A stretch of 64,000 nt of DNA from an uncultured Nitrososphaeraceae archaeon (GTDB lineage Archaea > Thermoproteota > Nitrososphaeria > Nitrososphaerales > Nitrososphaeraceae), in the NCBI GenBank assembly GCA_964439995.1, contig CAYTQD010000002.1, positions 1,567 through 65,566 of the forward strand. The letters are read 5' to 3'. A model generated the notes under the pieces. The model searched no databases and had not been told where the DNA came from. It worked only from the letters and a program-made list of their open reading frames with translations. A program made the translations under genes and the position numbers. This document shows, in pieces, positions 41,247-51,714 of this stretch. Numbering within the stretch: the stretch's first letter is position 1; every line of letters starts with the position of its first letter.

Positions 41247-42084
41247 TAAAGCGTCTAAGACATATTATATTATAGGCGACCCTATTCAACATTCACTCTC
41301 TCCAGCTATGCAAAATACAGCGTTCAAAGCAGTAGGACTAGATAGCTCGTATATCGCGTTTAGGGTGAGAAGAGGTGAGCTTCAGGAATCTATTGACTCA
41401 CTGCGTGCTATTAGCGCCTCTGGCTTCAATATCACGGTTCCTCACAAAGTTGAAGCCATGAGATATATGGATGAATTCGATACTAGCGCCCTCAAAGCAA
41501 ATGCTGTAAATACGGTTCACAACGTGGGAGGAGCTCTCAAAGCATACAACACAGATATCTATGGGTTCATTCATCCCTTGCATTTGCGCAAAGTTGATTT
41601 TGTAGGTATGAAAGTACTTATCATCGGAGCTGGGGGTGCTGCAAGGGCGGTACTAGCAGCTTTGGCTGATGAAGAAGGACTCTTGGAAATCAGGATTGCT
41701 AATCGCTCTGAAGAAAAGGCTAGGTCTTTATTAGAATCGCTTGCATTTAGCCTGAATTGCAAGAGTGTACCATGGGAAAGACGAACAGAATATTCCAAAA
41801 CGTCAAATCTGATTGTGAATGCGACGACGGTTGGAATGAATAATGATGGTAGTGTGGTGGAACAGCAGGATATAAAAAAAGGCGCCATAGTCTATGACGT
41901 TGTATATAGACCTGTAAACACTGACTTGCTAAAAAATGCAAAACGTGCAGGGGCTGATGTGGTCCATGGATATGAAATGTTACTTTATCAAGGAGCTAAG
42001 TCATTCGAAATATGGACTGGCTTGCCCGCTCCGGTTGATGCTATGAGGAATGTGTTGCTAGGTACTGCAGGTGGCCCATTGTGA
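41239..42084 (+). CDS. aroE: Shikimate dehydrogenase
   Basis: HSLSP, NIT.PHK, NTD, GAGGAA, NAT and ML.YQG motifs. Confidence 0.96.
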   Translation: MNSKASKTYYIIGDPIQHSLSPAMQNTAFKAVGLDSSYIAFRVRRGELQESIDSLRAISASGFNITVPHKVEAMRYMDEFDTSALKANAVNTVHNVGGALKAYNTDIYGFIHPLHLRKVDFVGMKVLIIGAGGAARAVLAALADEEGLLEIRIANRSEEKARSLLESLAFSLNCKSVPWERRTEYSKTSNLIVNATTVGMNNDGSVVEQQDIKKGAIVYDVVYRPVNTDLLKNAKRAGADVVHGYEMLLYQGAKSFEIWTGLPAPVDAMRNVLLGTAGGPL

Positions 42085-42935
42085 ATACCAAAGTTCAATC
42101 GACTGTACATGGGGCTATTTCAGTAGTTAACGCAATTGCTACTGGATATGGTTCGGCCCTTGGCATCTCCTTAAAGGTAAGAGTTGATATAGAATTACGA
42201 AAAGGCTGCGGTATTCTATTTCAGCCCGGGGCAGGAAACAGATTGCTCAAATATATAATAAACAAAATCGTTCCAAGAGAAGTAAGAAGATGTAACCAAG
42301 TACTAGTGAATGTGGATTCAGCAATTCCCCTTGGAGTGGGGCTGAAAAGTTCTAGTGCTGTATCAACTGCTACTGCGCTGGCTTGCTCTGGACTTGTTTG
42401 TAACAACTTAGACGACAGGATTATTTTGAATGCGGCAGTTCGTGCGTCATTAGCTACTGGAGTTACAATTACTGGAGCTTATGATGATTCTGCCGCTTGT
42501 TACTTCGGAGGATTCGTTGTAACAGATAACTATAGACTCGACCTGATCCATAGGGAAGAAGCACCAGACGACTTATACGTTCTGGTATTTGTTCCTGCTA
42601 ATAACAGACGCGGAAATATTCATAATCTATATGCCTTATCTGACCTCTTTATGGACGCATTTAACTTGGCTAAAAATAGACAATACTGGAGAGCCATGAA
42701 GTTGAATGGCCTGCTTACTGCTACCGCTCTTTCTGGGAAATACGAGCCTCTCTTGACAAGCATTAGGAAGGGAGCATTGGCTGCCAGTATTTCTGGAAAT
42801 GGTCCGTCGCTAGCTGTAGTAACGTATAAAGAACATCTAGAGGACCTAAAACAAATATTTTATAAATATGATGGCGAAACCGTCGTTTCCAAAGTTAATA
42901 ATGAGAAGGCAACAGTTAAGGTAGTAGTTGGTTAG
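42081..42935 (+). CDS. aroK: Archaeal shikimate kinase (GHMP family)
   Basis: GAISVVNAIATG, GLKSSSA, TGAYDD and SGNGPS motifs. Confidence 0.95.
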   Translation: MNTKVQSTVHGAISVVNAIATGYGSALGISLKVRVDIELRKGCGILFQPGAGNRLLKYIINKIVPREVRRCNQVLVNVDSAIPLGVGLKSSSAVSTATALACSGLVCNNLDDRIILNAAVRASLATGVTITGAYDDSAACYFGGFVVTDNYRLDLIHREEAPDDLYVLVFVPANNRRGNIHNLYALSDLFMDAFNLAKNRQYWRAMKLNGLLTATALSGKYEPLLTSIRKGALAASISGNGPSLAVVTYKEHLEDLKQIFYKYDGETVVSKVNNEKATVKVVVG

Positions 42936-44217
42936 AATTCAAATAGGTAGGTCAAGAATCAATGGAACAATACGATGTCCATCCAGCAAAAGCTATACTC
43001 ATAGAGCAATTGCCATAGCTTCACTTGCTAAAGGAAAGTCTATCATTAGTATGCCATTGATATCTCGAGATACTATCGCAACATTGTCAGCTTCAACTGC
43101 GCTAGGGGTAAAGATTAACCAGCAGCCATCGAGAATGTTAATTTCGGGAAAACACACTTTGAACACGCCTGATAACATCATTAATGCGGAGAATTCAGGA
43201 ACTACAATGAGAATTTTCGCTTCAATGGCCGCACTTGCCAAGAGGGGATTTTCGGTCTTGACTGGAGATGCAAGTCTTCGCAAAAGGCCGATGCAGCCTA
43301 TCATTGATGCTTTGGATCAGCTAGGCGTTGTGTGTTTTTCCTCTCGGATGAACGGGTTAGCTCCCCTTTTAATAAAGGGAGGTGGTATACAAGGGGGTAC
43401 TGTTACAATTGACGGAAATATTTCAAGTCAGTTTCTATCTTCGTTGTTAATATCAACGAGTTATGCAGATTCCCCTGTATCAATCCGTGTCAGAGGAAAG
43501 CAGGTATCGAAACCTTACGTTAAATCAACAATAGCTACTATGGAAAGATTCGGAGTATCTATTGATTATAGAAAGGATTTCTTAAGGTATTACATTGAGA
43601 ATAAAAAGTACAAGCCCACACTGTTCAACATCCCTTCAGACTTCTCCTCCGCGGCGTTGCTTCTTGCAGCCGGCGTTCTAGCGGGCGGTCGCCTCACCGT
43701 AAAAGGATTGAATTTCTCACTGCCCCAGCCGGATTCAAAGATATTGGAAATTCTGGAGAACATGGGGGCTGAAATAAATGTCAATAAGAATGAGAAGGAG
43801 GTAAGTGTAAAGGGTTCCAAGATTATAGAAGGAGGCAGTTTCGATCTTACTGATACTCCTGATCTCTTACCAGTTGTTGCGATATTATCATTGAAAGCTA
43901 GGTCCCCGGTCAAGATAACAGGAATCGCCCACACTCGTTTGAAAGAGACAAATAGGGTAGCAAATATATCATCCCAACTAAGGAAATTTGGGGCTGCAGT
44001 TGTTGAAGAGAAGGATAAATTGGTGATAGCTGCTCCACAGGTTCTTCAGAATTCAAGAATTCAATCCTTTAGTGATCATAGGTTATTCATGGCTTTTACA
44101 GTCGCATCCTTAATAACAGAGAGATCAGAGGTTGAAGGGGCAGAATCTATTGACGTCTCTTACCCAAACTTCCTGTTAGACCTGAAACGACTTGGAGCAA
44201 GGATAGGCTTTCGCTAG
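42928..44217 (+). CDS. aroA: EPSP synthase
   Basis: SKSYTHR, NSGTT.R, SSQF, KETNR, DHR and SYP motifs. Confidence 0.96.
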   Translation: MVRIQIGRSRINGTIRCPSSKSYTHRAIAIASLAKGKSIISMPLISRDTIATLSASTALGVKINQQPSRMLISGKHTLNTPDNIINAENSGTTMRIFASMAALAKRGFSVLTGDASLRKRPMQPIIDALDQLGVVCFSSRMNGLAPLLIKGGGIQGGTVTIDGNISSQFLSSLLISTSYADSPVSIRVRGKQVSKPYVKSTIATMERFGVSIDYRKDFLRYYIENKKYKPTLFNIPSDFSSAALLLAAGVLAGGRLTVKGLNFSLPQPDSKILEILENMGAEINVNKNEKEVSVKGSKIIEGGSFDLTDTPDLLPVVAILSLKARSPVKITGIAHTRLKETNRVANISSQLRKFGAAVVEEKDKLVIAAPQVLQNSRIQSFSDHRLFMAFTVASLITERSEVEGAESIDVSYPNFLLDLKRLGARIGFR

Positions 44218-44299
44218 CATGAAAGTTGTTATAGCCGTAAATTTTCCATTTCCATGCCATCGCATATATAGAGTACAATAAACCTTGGTGTACTAGCAG

Positions 44300-45430
44300 A
44301 TGAGTGGGGGCCTAATCGGCGAGCGTTTCACTTGCATGAGTTTTGGAGAGAGTCATGGAAGATGTGTAGGGATAGTTGTTGACGGATGCCCGGCAGGACT
44401 AAAGCTCAGTGAAGCAGATATTCAACCCAACCTCGACCTCAGACGACCAGGACGAACGATAATTGCTACGCAGAGGAAAGAAGAAGACAAGGTTGAAGTT
44501 CTGTCCGGTGTTTATCAAGGATTCACTACCGGTGCTCCAATATGTATGATCATATGGAACAAAGACTCTGATTCTCGTCCTTACGAAGTAATAGTAACAA
44601 AACCACGTCCGGGTCATTCAGATTACCCGGCGCAAGTAAAGTACGCAGGATATGCAGATTATAGAGGAGGGGGAAGATTTTCCGGTCGGTTGACTGCCAC
44701 ATTTGTCATGGCAGGAGCTGTTGCACAGAAATTGCTTTATCAGAGTTTAGGCATAGAAGTTACTGCTTATACTGTCCAGATCGGACAGGTGAGGGCAAAA
44801 GATATCGATTTGGAAAATGCAAGAAAGAAAAGGTATAAGAATGAGATTCGATGTCCTGATCTAGCTGCCGCGGATCTGATGAAAGAAGCAATACTGAAGA
44901 CCAAAAAAGAAGGAGACTCACTGGGAGGGGTTATTGAATGTGTATGTACAGGTATGCCGGTAGGTCTGGGTGAGCCCATATTTTCGTCATTGGAGGCAGA
45001 TATCAGCAAAGCAGTATTTAGTATTCCTGCAGTCAAAGCGATCGAATTTGGTTCAGGTTTTGCCGGTAGTGAAAAAAAAGGCTCAGAAAATAATGATTTG
45101 TATACGATCAAGGACAATAAGATTGTAACAAGAACAAATAACGCAGGAGGTATCTTAGGTGGATTGTCCAACGGGATGCCTATAAAAATGCGAATCGGTT
45201 TTAAGCCAGCATCTTCAATTAGCCGAAAACAAAGGACTATAGATCTTTCTACCCTTCTGGAAACGGATCTCAATGTCCCCGGGAGGCACGACCCATGTGT
45301 GGTACCGAGAGCACCGCCAGTGGTGGAATCCATCGTATCTATTATCATTGCGGATCATGCCATCAGATCGGGGTTTATAGGGCCAGTCTTGGCGAAATGG
45401 TCAAAAAAACGAGATCTCTTGCAGAATTAG
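44300..45430 (+). CDS. aroC: Chorismate synthase
   Basis: FGESHG, RPGHSD, GGGRFSGR and GRHDPC motifs. Confidence 0.97.
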   Translation: MSGGLIGERFTCMSFGESHGRCVGIVVDGCPAGLKLSEADIQPNLDLRRPGRTIIATQRKEEDKVEVLSGVYQGFTTGAPICMIIWNKDSDSRPYEVIVTKPRPGHSDYPAQVKYAGYADYRGGGRFSGRLTATFVMAGAVAQKLLYQSLGIEVTAYTVQIGQVRAKDIDLENARKKRYKNEIRCPDLAAADLMKEAILKTKKEGDSLGGVIECVCTGMPVGLGEPIFSSLEADISKAVFSIPAVKAIEFGSGFAGSEKKGSENNDLYTIKDNKIVTRTNNAGGILGGLSNGMPIKMRIGFKPASSISRKQRTIDLSTLLETDLNVPGRHDPCVVPRAPPVVESIVSIIIADHAIRSGFIGPVLAKWSKKRDLLQN

Positions 45431-46803
45431 GCAAGCTACGAGCCGAGATCCGTGATGTTACGCTTGATATCATCGCAAAGGTCCATAAAAGGATGGAACT
45501 ATCCGAACAGATCGGATCCATTAAAGACATCTTGGAGATCGAAATAGAGGACGAAAGGGTTGAACAAGAGGTCCGGGATTCTGTTACTGAGCTCTCTAAT
45601 ACACTGGGAATAGATCCTGCCTTCTCTGGAAGACTTTTGAATATACTATTAATGGAATCGATTCGTCTACAGCAAATGCGACAAAAAAAACAAGAACAAA
45701 CTCGTTCGAATCCAACCCATCTTAGTGTTTTTATGAAAGCCAAGGAAATGGAGAGCTCGGGAAAAAAAGTCATACATTTGGAGGTGGGAGAGCCGGATTA
45801 CCAGCCTCCTAGAAACGTCAAGAAAGCACTAGTTGAGGCATATGACAAGAAGCAGTATCATTACACCGACGCTAGAGGCCTGCCAAAGCTACGCCAGGCC
45901 ATCGCGAAAAAAGTTGGGCATAGAGTTGTACATGACGAAGTTATCGTAACTTCGGGAGGAAGGTTCGCCATATTTTCTGCCCTTCTTTCACTAATAAAGC
46001 CAGGGGAGGAGGTAATTTCCATCGAACCGTCCTGGCCCGCCTATCGCGAGTTCGTAGATTTTGCTGGCGGCAAGATGAAGATCCTAGGAACTACTCTGGA
46101 AGAAAAATGGACTCCTGCTATAAGACAGCTAGAGGAGTTGATAGGTGGTCATACTAAGGTAATTATTCTGAATTACCCGAATAATCCTACAGGCAAGGTT
46201 TTGAAAAAGAAAGATCTCGCAAGAATTGTCTCCCTAGCTAACGACAACGGCCTGTATTTGATAAGTGATGAGGTTTATTCGGACTACGCGTTTAGGAGTT
46301 TCACGAGTTTGATGCACTACGAATACGAAAGGAGTGTAGTAGTTTCGTCATTTTCCAAATCGTGCGCCATGACAGGATTCAGGGTTGGGTACGCCGTTGC
46401 TAACAAAGAGGTAATTAACGAAATGGCAAAAATTCAGGCAACCGCTTTGACCAGCGTTGCCGAACCAATGCAGCATGCAGCGTTAAGCGCAATAGATTAT
46501 GATCCAGCTGGGAACGTCCGAATAACTAAGGAAAGAATAGAGTTAATATCAGAAAAGCTAAGTAATATGCCCCTAGACTTTATGAACCCTGAAGGAGCCA
46601 TGTATGTTTTCCCTCGATTAAACGGTTCGATCCGAAATGACGTAACTTTAGTTGAGAGATTACTAGAGTTGGGTGTTGCTGTTGCACCGGGAAGCGGTTT
46701 CGGACAGAATTACGGACAGTTTGTCAGAATTTCGGCCTGTAAGCCAAAAAAACAATTAGAACGGGGATTAGAACTCATGCGCTCAGTTTTGTTTACACGT
46801 TGA
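45397..46803 (+). CDS. Chorismate mutase-like domain fused to class I aminotransferase
   Basis: N-terminal LR.EI....IG.IK....D..VE AroQ-like helices; NYPNNPTG, DEVY and SFSK...MTGFRVG motifs. Confidence 0.88.
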   Translation: MVKKTRSLAELGKLRAEIRDVTLDIIAKVHKRMELSEQIGSIKDILEIEIEDERVEQEVRDSVTELSNTLGIDPAFSGRLLNILLMESIRLQQMRQKKQEQTRSNPTHLSVFMKAKEMESSGKKVIHLEVGEPDYQPPRNVKKALVEAYDKKQYHYTDARGLPKLRQAIAKKVGHRVVHDEVIVTSGGRFAIFSALLSLIKPGEEVISIEPSWPAYREFVDFAGGKMKILGTTLEEKWTPAIRQLEELIGGHTKVIILNYPNNPTGKVLKKKDLARIVSLANDNGLYLISDEVYSDYAFRSFTSLMHYEYERSVVVSSFSKSCAMTGFRVGYAVANKEVINEMAKIQATALTSVAEPMQHAALSAIDYDPAGNVRITKERIELISEKLSNMPLDFMNPEGAMYVFPRLNGSIRNDVTLVERLLELGVAVAPGSGFGQNYGQFVRISACKPKKQLERGLELMRSVLFTR

Positions 46804-47663
46804 TGGAAATGGTCCAACATGTATCTATCGTGGGAGCTGGGGGAAGAATGGGCTCATGGTTCTTAGAATACTTTTCTAAAAAATCACGTACAAGGGTTTC
46901 GGCGTACGACAAGCAAGCACTACGTAATCCCCCCAGATATGTAACCCTGTGTCATTCTCTGGAGGTTTGTGTAAGTGAAGCCGATGTCGTACTGGTCTGT
47001 GTGCCACTTGCAAGTACACCATCCATCGTAAAGGAATGTGCTTTAAGTATGAAACATGGAGCCGTACTAGCTGAGATCTCCTCAATCAAATCCAAAACTT
47101 TCTTAACGCTGAAGAAATATTCCAAAAATATTCTTCCCCTTTGCATGCACCCTATGTTTGGGCCAGGTGCATCTAGACTTAGCAGAACAAGGATACTTCT
47201 GATACCCGTCAGAGATGCGAAATTAGAATTGCAAGTGCTGTCGTCTCTAATGAGAGGATCGGAGATTATAATACTTCCTAGTGCGCGAGTGCATGATAGG
47301 TACATGGCGTTAATTCTTGGACTAACTTATTTTGTAAATATGATATTCGCTAAGATCTTATCCAAGAAAGACATCATGTTTTTGGAGAACATCTCGGGAG
47401 CCTTTTTTAGAATCCAACTTCTTTTGATGCAAGGAATTATAAGCGATGATCCTAGTCTAATTAATTCAATTATTTCTTGTAATCCTTACACTGAAAAGTA
47501 TATCTCTGAATATTTTGCTGAAGCAAACAAGCTTAGAAAGATGATAAGGGAAAGAAAGGACGTTGGATTGTCAAGAGATCTACTCTCTGTCAAATCAGTT
47601 TTTGGACAAAGCATCGACTTACAAATGTCTTATCGAAAAATATACGCCACATTCGGAAAATAG
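46800..47663 (+). CDS. tyrA: Prephenate dehydrogenase
   Basis: GAGGRMG, EISSIK, HPMFGP and HD..MA motifs. Confidence 0.92.
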   Translation: MMEMVQHVSIVGAGGRMGSWFLEYFSKKSRTRVSAYDKQALRNPPRYVTLCHSLEVCVSEADVVLVCVPLASTPSIVKECALSMKHGAVLAEISSIKSKTFLTLKKYSKNILPLCMHPMFGPGASRLSRTRILLIPVRDAKLELQVLSSLMRGSEIIILPSARVHDRYMALILGLTYFVNMIFAKILSKKDIMFLENISGAFFRIQLLLMQGIISDDPSLINSIISCNPYTEKYISEYFAEANKLRKMIRERKDVGLSRDLLSVKSVFGQSIDLQMSYRKIYATFGK

Positions 47664-47727
47664 ACGCCTTGTCATTCGCCATACATAACGTCTCTACAAG
47701 TAGTTGTCCCAATAGAGATGAACTACC

Positions 47728-48711
47728 ATAAAAAGGCAATTTGCTAACCATCTATTTTGTCTTCAACATGAAGACAAAAGAGTGCGGCTTTCATTGGTTC
47801 CCCTTTATTTAGCTGATGAAAACGAATGTATTGAAGGATTTTTGCAATGTTCACATTGTGAAACCATATATCCTATAATAGAAGGTGTAGCTATTGCTGT
47901 AAAAAACCTTTCTGCGTATGTTCAAAGTAGAACTATAAGTTATGGCAAATGGATATTGAAAACAAAAACAGACAAGATGAGACGCTTCTTAAAAGAAGCA
48001 AGTACGAATGTAAATAGATCATATCTTGGAAACGACCGCTACGAAGAAGATGGTGTTTGGTTTGCACCATATAGATGGACACACTATAACCACGAGCCAA
48101 CAGATAGACTTCTTAGCTCTTTAAGGTGGCGGTTAAAACCGAACGAATTATACAACAGAGTGGTTCATGGGGTTAGTCCAAAGATGGATGGGATAGCCCT
48201 TGACATGGGTTGTTCAGTAGGGTACAGCACGTTGACAGTTGCAAAAAAGTTCGCCTTTACTATTGGAATAGATTTGTCGTTTTCTTTTATAAAAGAAGCG
48301 AGAAGGAGAATGTTTGAATACGGGGACGAAAATGTAGAATTCTGTGTCGCGGATTCTCTTTCAGCTCCCTTTGCTTCCGGAAAATTCGATTTAGTCCTAG
48401 TATTCAATATGATAAATCTGGTGGATGCATCAAAACTACTTGCTTCTATTCATTCTCTCTTGAAACCTGCTGGTTACACCATCATAACAGACCCTTTTGA
48501 TTTTAATCATGATCCGAAGTTCCAACGCAGGTTCGATAGTCATTCATTCAGAAAATTCCTTGAAGAATCTAAGTTCAGAGTTGAAGACAGAACTAGCGTA
48601 AAAGAGTCCTATATTCCTTGGATTTTAAAAATAAGTGAGAGATCCTATATATTCTATTTCGTTGATTACATCAAAGCAAGAAAAGTTTCAAAGCACAAGA
48701 TGCATTCTTAA
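47728..48711 (+). CDS. SAM-dependent methyltransferase with N-terminal Trm112-like domain (start ATA 47728 or GTG 47782)
   Basis: EGFLQCSHC..YPIIEGV; ALDMGCSVG, GIDLS and FDLV motifs. Confidence 0.8.
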   Translation: MKRQFANHLFCLQHEDKRVRLSLVPLYLADENECIEGFLQCSHCETIYPIIEGVAIAVKNLSAYVQSRTISYGKWILKTKTDKMRRFLKEASTNVNRSYLGNDRYEEDGVWFAPYRWTHYNHEPTDRLLSSLRWRLKPNELYNRVVHGVSPKMDGIALDMGCSVGYSTLTVAKKFAFTIGIDLSFSFIKEARRRMFEYGDENVEFCVADSLSAPFASGKFDLVLVFNMINLVDASKLLASIHSLLKPAGYTIITDPFDFNHDPKFQRRFDSHSFRKFLEESKFRVEDRTSVKESYIPWILKISERSYIFYFVDYIKARKVSKHKMHS

Positions 48712-48780
48712 TATTGGTATACCGCACAACTAATAATCTGAATAGCATATCTACAAGTGGCCATTATATTTTGGAGTAGG

Positions 48781-49605
48781 CTACGAATATCTGCATCTAC
48801 GACCTGATTTGTCCCTATACTCCAGGCCAAACTCTGATAAGGAAGACAGATCCTCACCTGTAAATATAGGACCATCAGTGCAAACAAGCCTATCTCCTAT
48901 GCAACAGCTAGCACATATGCCTATTCCACATTTCATATGCCGTTCTAGGCTTGCTTGAAGGGGTATAGAACTTGCTGAAGCAAGATCATAAACCTTTTTC
49001 ATCATACATTCGGGCCCACATGTGTATACGGCATCAAATCGCTGAGTACTGATTAGATTCTGCATAGCATCTGTGTTCTGTCCTTTCATTCCGTAGCTGC
49101 CATCCTCAGTAGTTACTATCACTTGGTGGTTAGTATCTGCTAAAGATTTGATCGCCAGATTTTCGAAGAATACATCTGAGCGATTTCTTGCTCCTATTAT
49201 GAGAGTCGTATCGATTCTAGCACTATTTAGATGGACCACTAATCTTAATAGCGGGACAAGTCCGGTTCCACCTCCCACAAGCATTACTTTCCTTGTATCA
49301 CTCGGAATTACAAATGTGTTCCCGTAGGGCCCTCTCACACCCAGCCATTCACCTACTTTCTTGTCATATAATGAGGTTGAGCCGAACCCCCTCTTACGTA
49401 CAGTTACCGCTCCATATGATTGGTCATCCCATATCATCACGCTCATAGGTAACTCCTCCGCCCTCGGGATCCAGACCATCAAGAATTGCCCTGCACCTGC
49501 TATCGAACTCATCTTATCTCGAAAAGCCAGTGTTCGTATCGTGGGTGTCTCCTCTACAATTTCTTCGATCTTAACAATGCGAAGCTTATCAATATTTGTG
49601 CGCAA
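48781..49605 (-). CDS. pyrK: Dihydroorotate dehydrogenase electron transfer subunit
   Basis: GQFLM, RGPYG, GGGTG, CGP and MKCGIGICASC..C.DGP motifs. Confidence 0.96.
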   Translation of the reverse strand: MRTNIDKLRIVKIEEIVEETPTIRTLAFRDKMSSIAGAGQFLMVWIPRAEELPMSVMIWDDQSYGAVTVRKRGFGSTSLYDKKVGEWLGVRGPYGNTFVIPSDTRKVMLVGGGTGLVPLLRLVVHLNSARIDTTLIIGARNRSDVFFENLAIKSLADTNHQVIVTTEDGSYGMKGQNTDAMQNLISTQRFDAVYTCGPECMMKKVYDLASASSIPLQASLERHMKCGIGICASCCIGDRLVCTDGPIFTGEDLSSLSEFGLEYRDKSGRRCRYS

Positions 49606-50527
49606 GGCCTATAATTTCCATCAAACTCTTTGCGTTCTTCCTTTTCAGATAAGTTTGTATTCCCAGGCAGATCGTGTAAAAGCAAGATAATCCTTCTCTA
49701 GCTATAACACTTCCCAGCTGTACTGCTGAAGCTCCCGCTAGTATCGCTTCTACTGCATCCTCCCAATTGAAGATCCCACCACAAGCGACGACTGGGACTC
49801 CAATATATTTAGTAATTTCATAAACACACCTTATTGCTAGAGGTTTGATTGGCCTACCTGAAAGTCCACCGATCTTATTACTGAGTATCGGCACTCCAGT
49901 TTCTATATCTATTGCCATCGCCCTGAGTGTATTGATTGCAGTTATCCCATCCGCTCCGGCGTCTTTGGCAGATCTAGCGATTGAAAGTACATCAGCATTT
50001 CCTATTCCCACTTTTACTAAGACTGGTCTAGTTGTATGCGACTTAGTCGCCTTGACGATTTTATAAACCATTTCTGGATCGTCACCTACCTCCATGCCCA
50101 TCTTCGCCACATGTGGACACGAAAGATTGATCTCGTAACCGGTGATATTCAATTCATCAAATCTTTTTACTAACAAAGGGAAATCTTTATCTGATGATCC
50201 CACTAGACTTACTATAATAGGTAGATCATTGTTCTCTCCGATTTCTTCTGCAAAGGCATCTGCCCCTGGATTTGCTAAACCTACCGCATTTAGATAACTC
50301 GAGTCGTTCAAAGAAACTATGGTTGGATTTCTATATCCATCTATAGGTGATGCGCTGATCGACTTACTAACCATGGCCCCTGCATTTGATCGATGCAACC
50401 TGCGGAATAGGCTCATCGAGATGCCCAGAAAACCAGAAGCAAGAATAGTTGGATTACGCAAACACATCCCTGCAAAATTTACGGAAAGACCAGTACATTC
50501 CATATGTTGTTTTCGCATCCTTAGCAA
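49589..50527 (-). CDS. pyrD: Dihydroorotate dehydrogenase family 1B catalytic subunit
   Basis: LASG, NAVGLANPG, NLSCPH, AINT and GGLSG..IKP motifs. Confidence 0.96.
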   Translation of the reverse strand: MLRMRKQHMECTGLSVNFAGMCLRNPTILASGFLGISMSLFRRLHRSNAGAMVSKSISASPIDGYRNPTIVSLNDSSYLNAVGLANPGADAFAEEIGENNDLPIIVSLVGSSDKDFPLLVKRFDELNITGYEINLSCPHVAKMGMEVGDDPEMVYKIVKATKSHTTRPVLVKVGIGNADVLSIARSAKDAGADGITAINTLRAMAIDIETGVPILSNKIGGLSGRPIKPLAIRCVYEITKYIGVPVVACGGIFNWEDAVEAILAGASAVQLGSVIAREGLSCFYTICLGIQTYLKRKNAKSLMEIIGLAHKY

Positions 50528-50746
50528 ACTACGTTATACCGGTATAAACTTTTTTCATCTGCTTGCATTACTATGGGGTAGTATCGCGGAACAGGAGGTA
50601 ACATGTACCAGCGCAGTTGCGTCTGACTTGCTGATGCCCATCCATGGAGAAAACATATTTAAGTAAGAATTTACGGTGGAGAAATTGAAATTCGCTCCTG
50701 ATAATGGCGGGGACGATCTGATGTTCAATAACATATATGTATTATT

Positions 50747-51571
50747 ATGAAACTGGGATTTAGTAGTAATGCGTTCAAGAAATTTTCTTTGGAGCAATGC
50801 ATGTGGTTAATATCTTCAATAGGGTATTCTGCTATCGAAATACTCTGCGATACTCCCCATGCATACCCGCCTGGTGAGCAGGACGTAAAAAAGATTAAAG
50901 CTTTGCTCTCGAGGAACAACTTGGGAATTTCCAATCTAAACGCTTTTACGATGTATGCGGTTTGGGACACCTATCGTCCATCATGGGTTGAAGATGCAAG
51001 TAAGCTAAGGCAACTGCGTGTTGAACATACAAAAAATTGTATAGTACTTGCAAGTAAATTGGGGTGTAGGAACATATCAACCGAACCAGGAGGACCCAAA
51101 AAGAGAAGAAGTCAGTATGTGTCAAGATCTCGTTTCGTAAAGGAGATGAATGTGATATCACGATTCGCAGAAGCCCATGGAATAAAGGTACTCGTGGAAC
51201 CTGAGCCCGGCCTATTGTTGGAAACATCTGATGACTTTCTATCCTTTATCAAAGAGGTCGAATCCGAGTATATTAGGCTAAATTTTGACATAGCCCATTT
51301 TTATTGCTCAAGGGAGGACCCAGCGAAAGCGGTCCATAAGTTATCAGATTTCATCGAACATGTTCATCTGTCGGATATCGCTATGGATAGAGTTCATAAT
51401 CATTTGATCCCTGGGGATGGAACTATTGACTTCAAATCAGTACTCAAGGCAATTGCTAGCATCGGGTACAAGGGGTTCGTGACGGTTGAACTATATCCAT
51501 ATCAGAATGCGCCTCTATTTGCAGCTACTAAAGCCTTTGAATTCCTAAAGCGTCTAGAACTAGATCTCTAA
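50747..51571 (+). CDS. Xylose isomerase-like TIM-barrel protein (sugar phosphate isomerase/epimerase)
   Basis: EPEPG, NFDIAH, HVHLSD, H.HLIPGDG and TVELY motifs. Confidence 0.88.
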   Translation: MKLGFSSNAFKKFSLEQCMWLISSIGYSAIEILCDTPHAYPPGEQDVKKIKALLSRNNLGISNLNAFTMYAVWDTYRPSWVEDASKLRQLRVEHTKNCIVLASKLGCRNISTEPGGPKKRRSQYVSRSRFVKEMNVISRFAEAHGIKVLVEPEPGLLLETSDDFLSFIKEVESEYIRLNFDIAHFYCSREDPAKAVHKLSDFIEHVHLSDIAMDRVHNHLIPGDGTIDFKSVLKAIASIGYKGFVTVELYPYQNAPLFAATKAFEFLKRLELDL

Positions 51572-51714
51572 CATCAACAGAGGCAGAATTAGATCACTTC
51601 TCTTCAGATCGATGATAGAGTAGCTGACTAGTTCATGTTGCAATAAAGAAGCCAAGTACAGCCTGGCCGCGAAGTGATACATATAAATGATGCGCGCGTC
51701 GGAAAGGAGCGGCG

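Noticed and set aside
44767-45348. Long antisense ORFs (e.g. 44767-45348, 14360-14869, 45375-45773, 59479-59856)
   Set aside because: Antisense shadows of well-supported genes with no recognisable motifs
45295-45396. ORF-track N-terminal extensions (here, and at 24978, 26761, 38353, 55797 and 61728)
   Set aside because: They overlap neighbouring genes or promoter regions and lack family similarity; downstream starts fit better
51572-51714. Possible C/D-box sRNA (GATGAT...CTGA)
   Set aside because: Imperfect C box, too short a spacing and no second box pair
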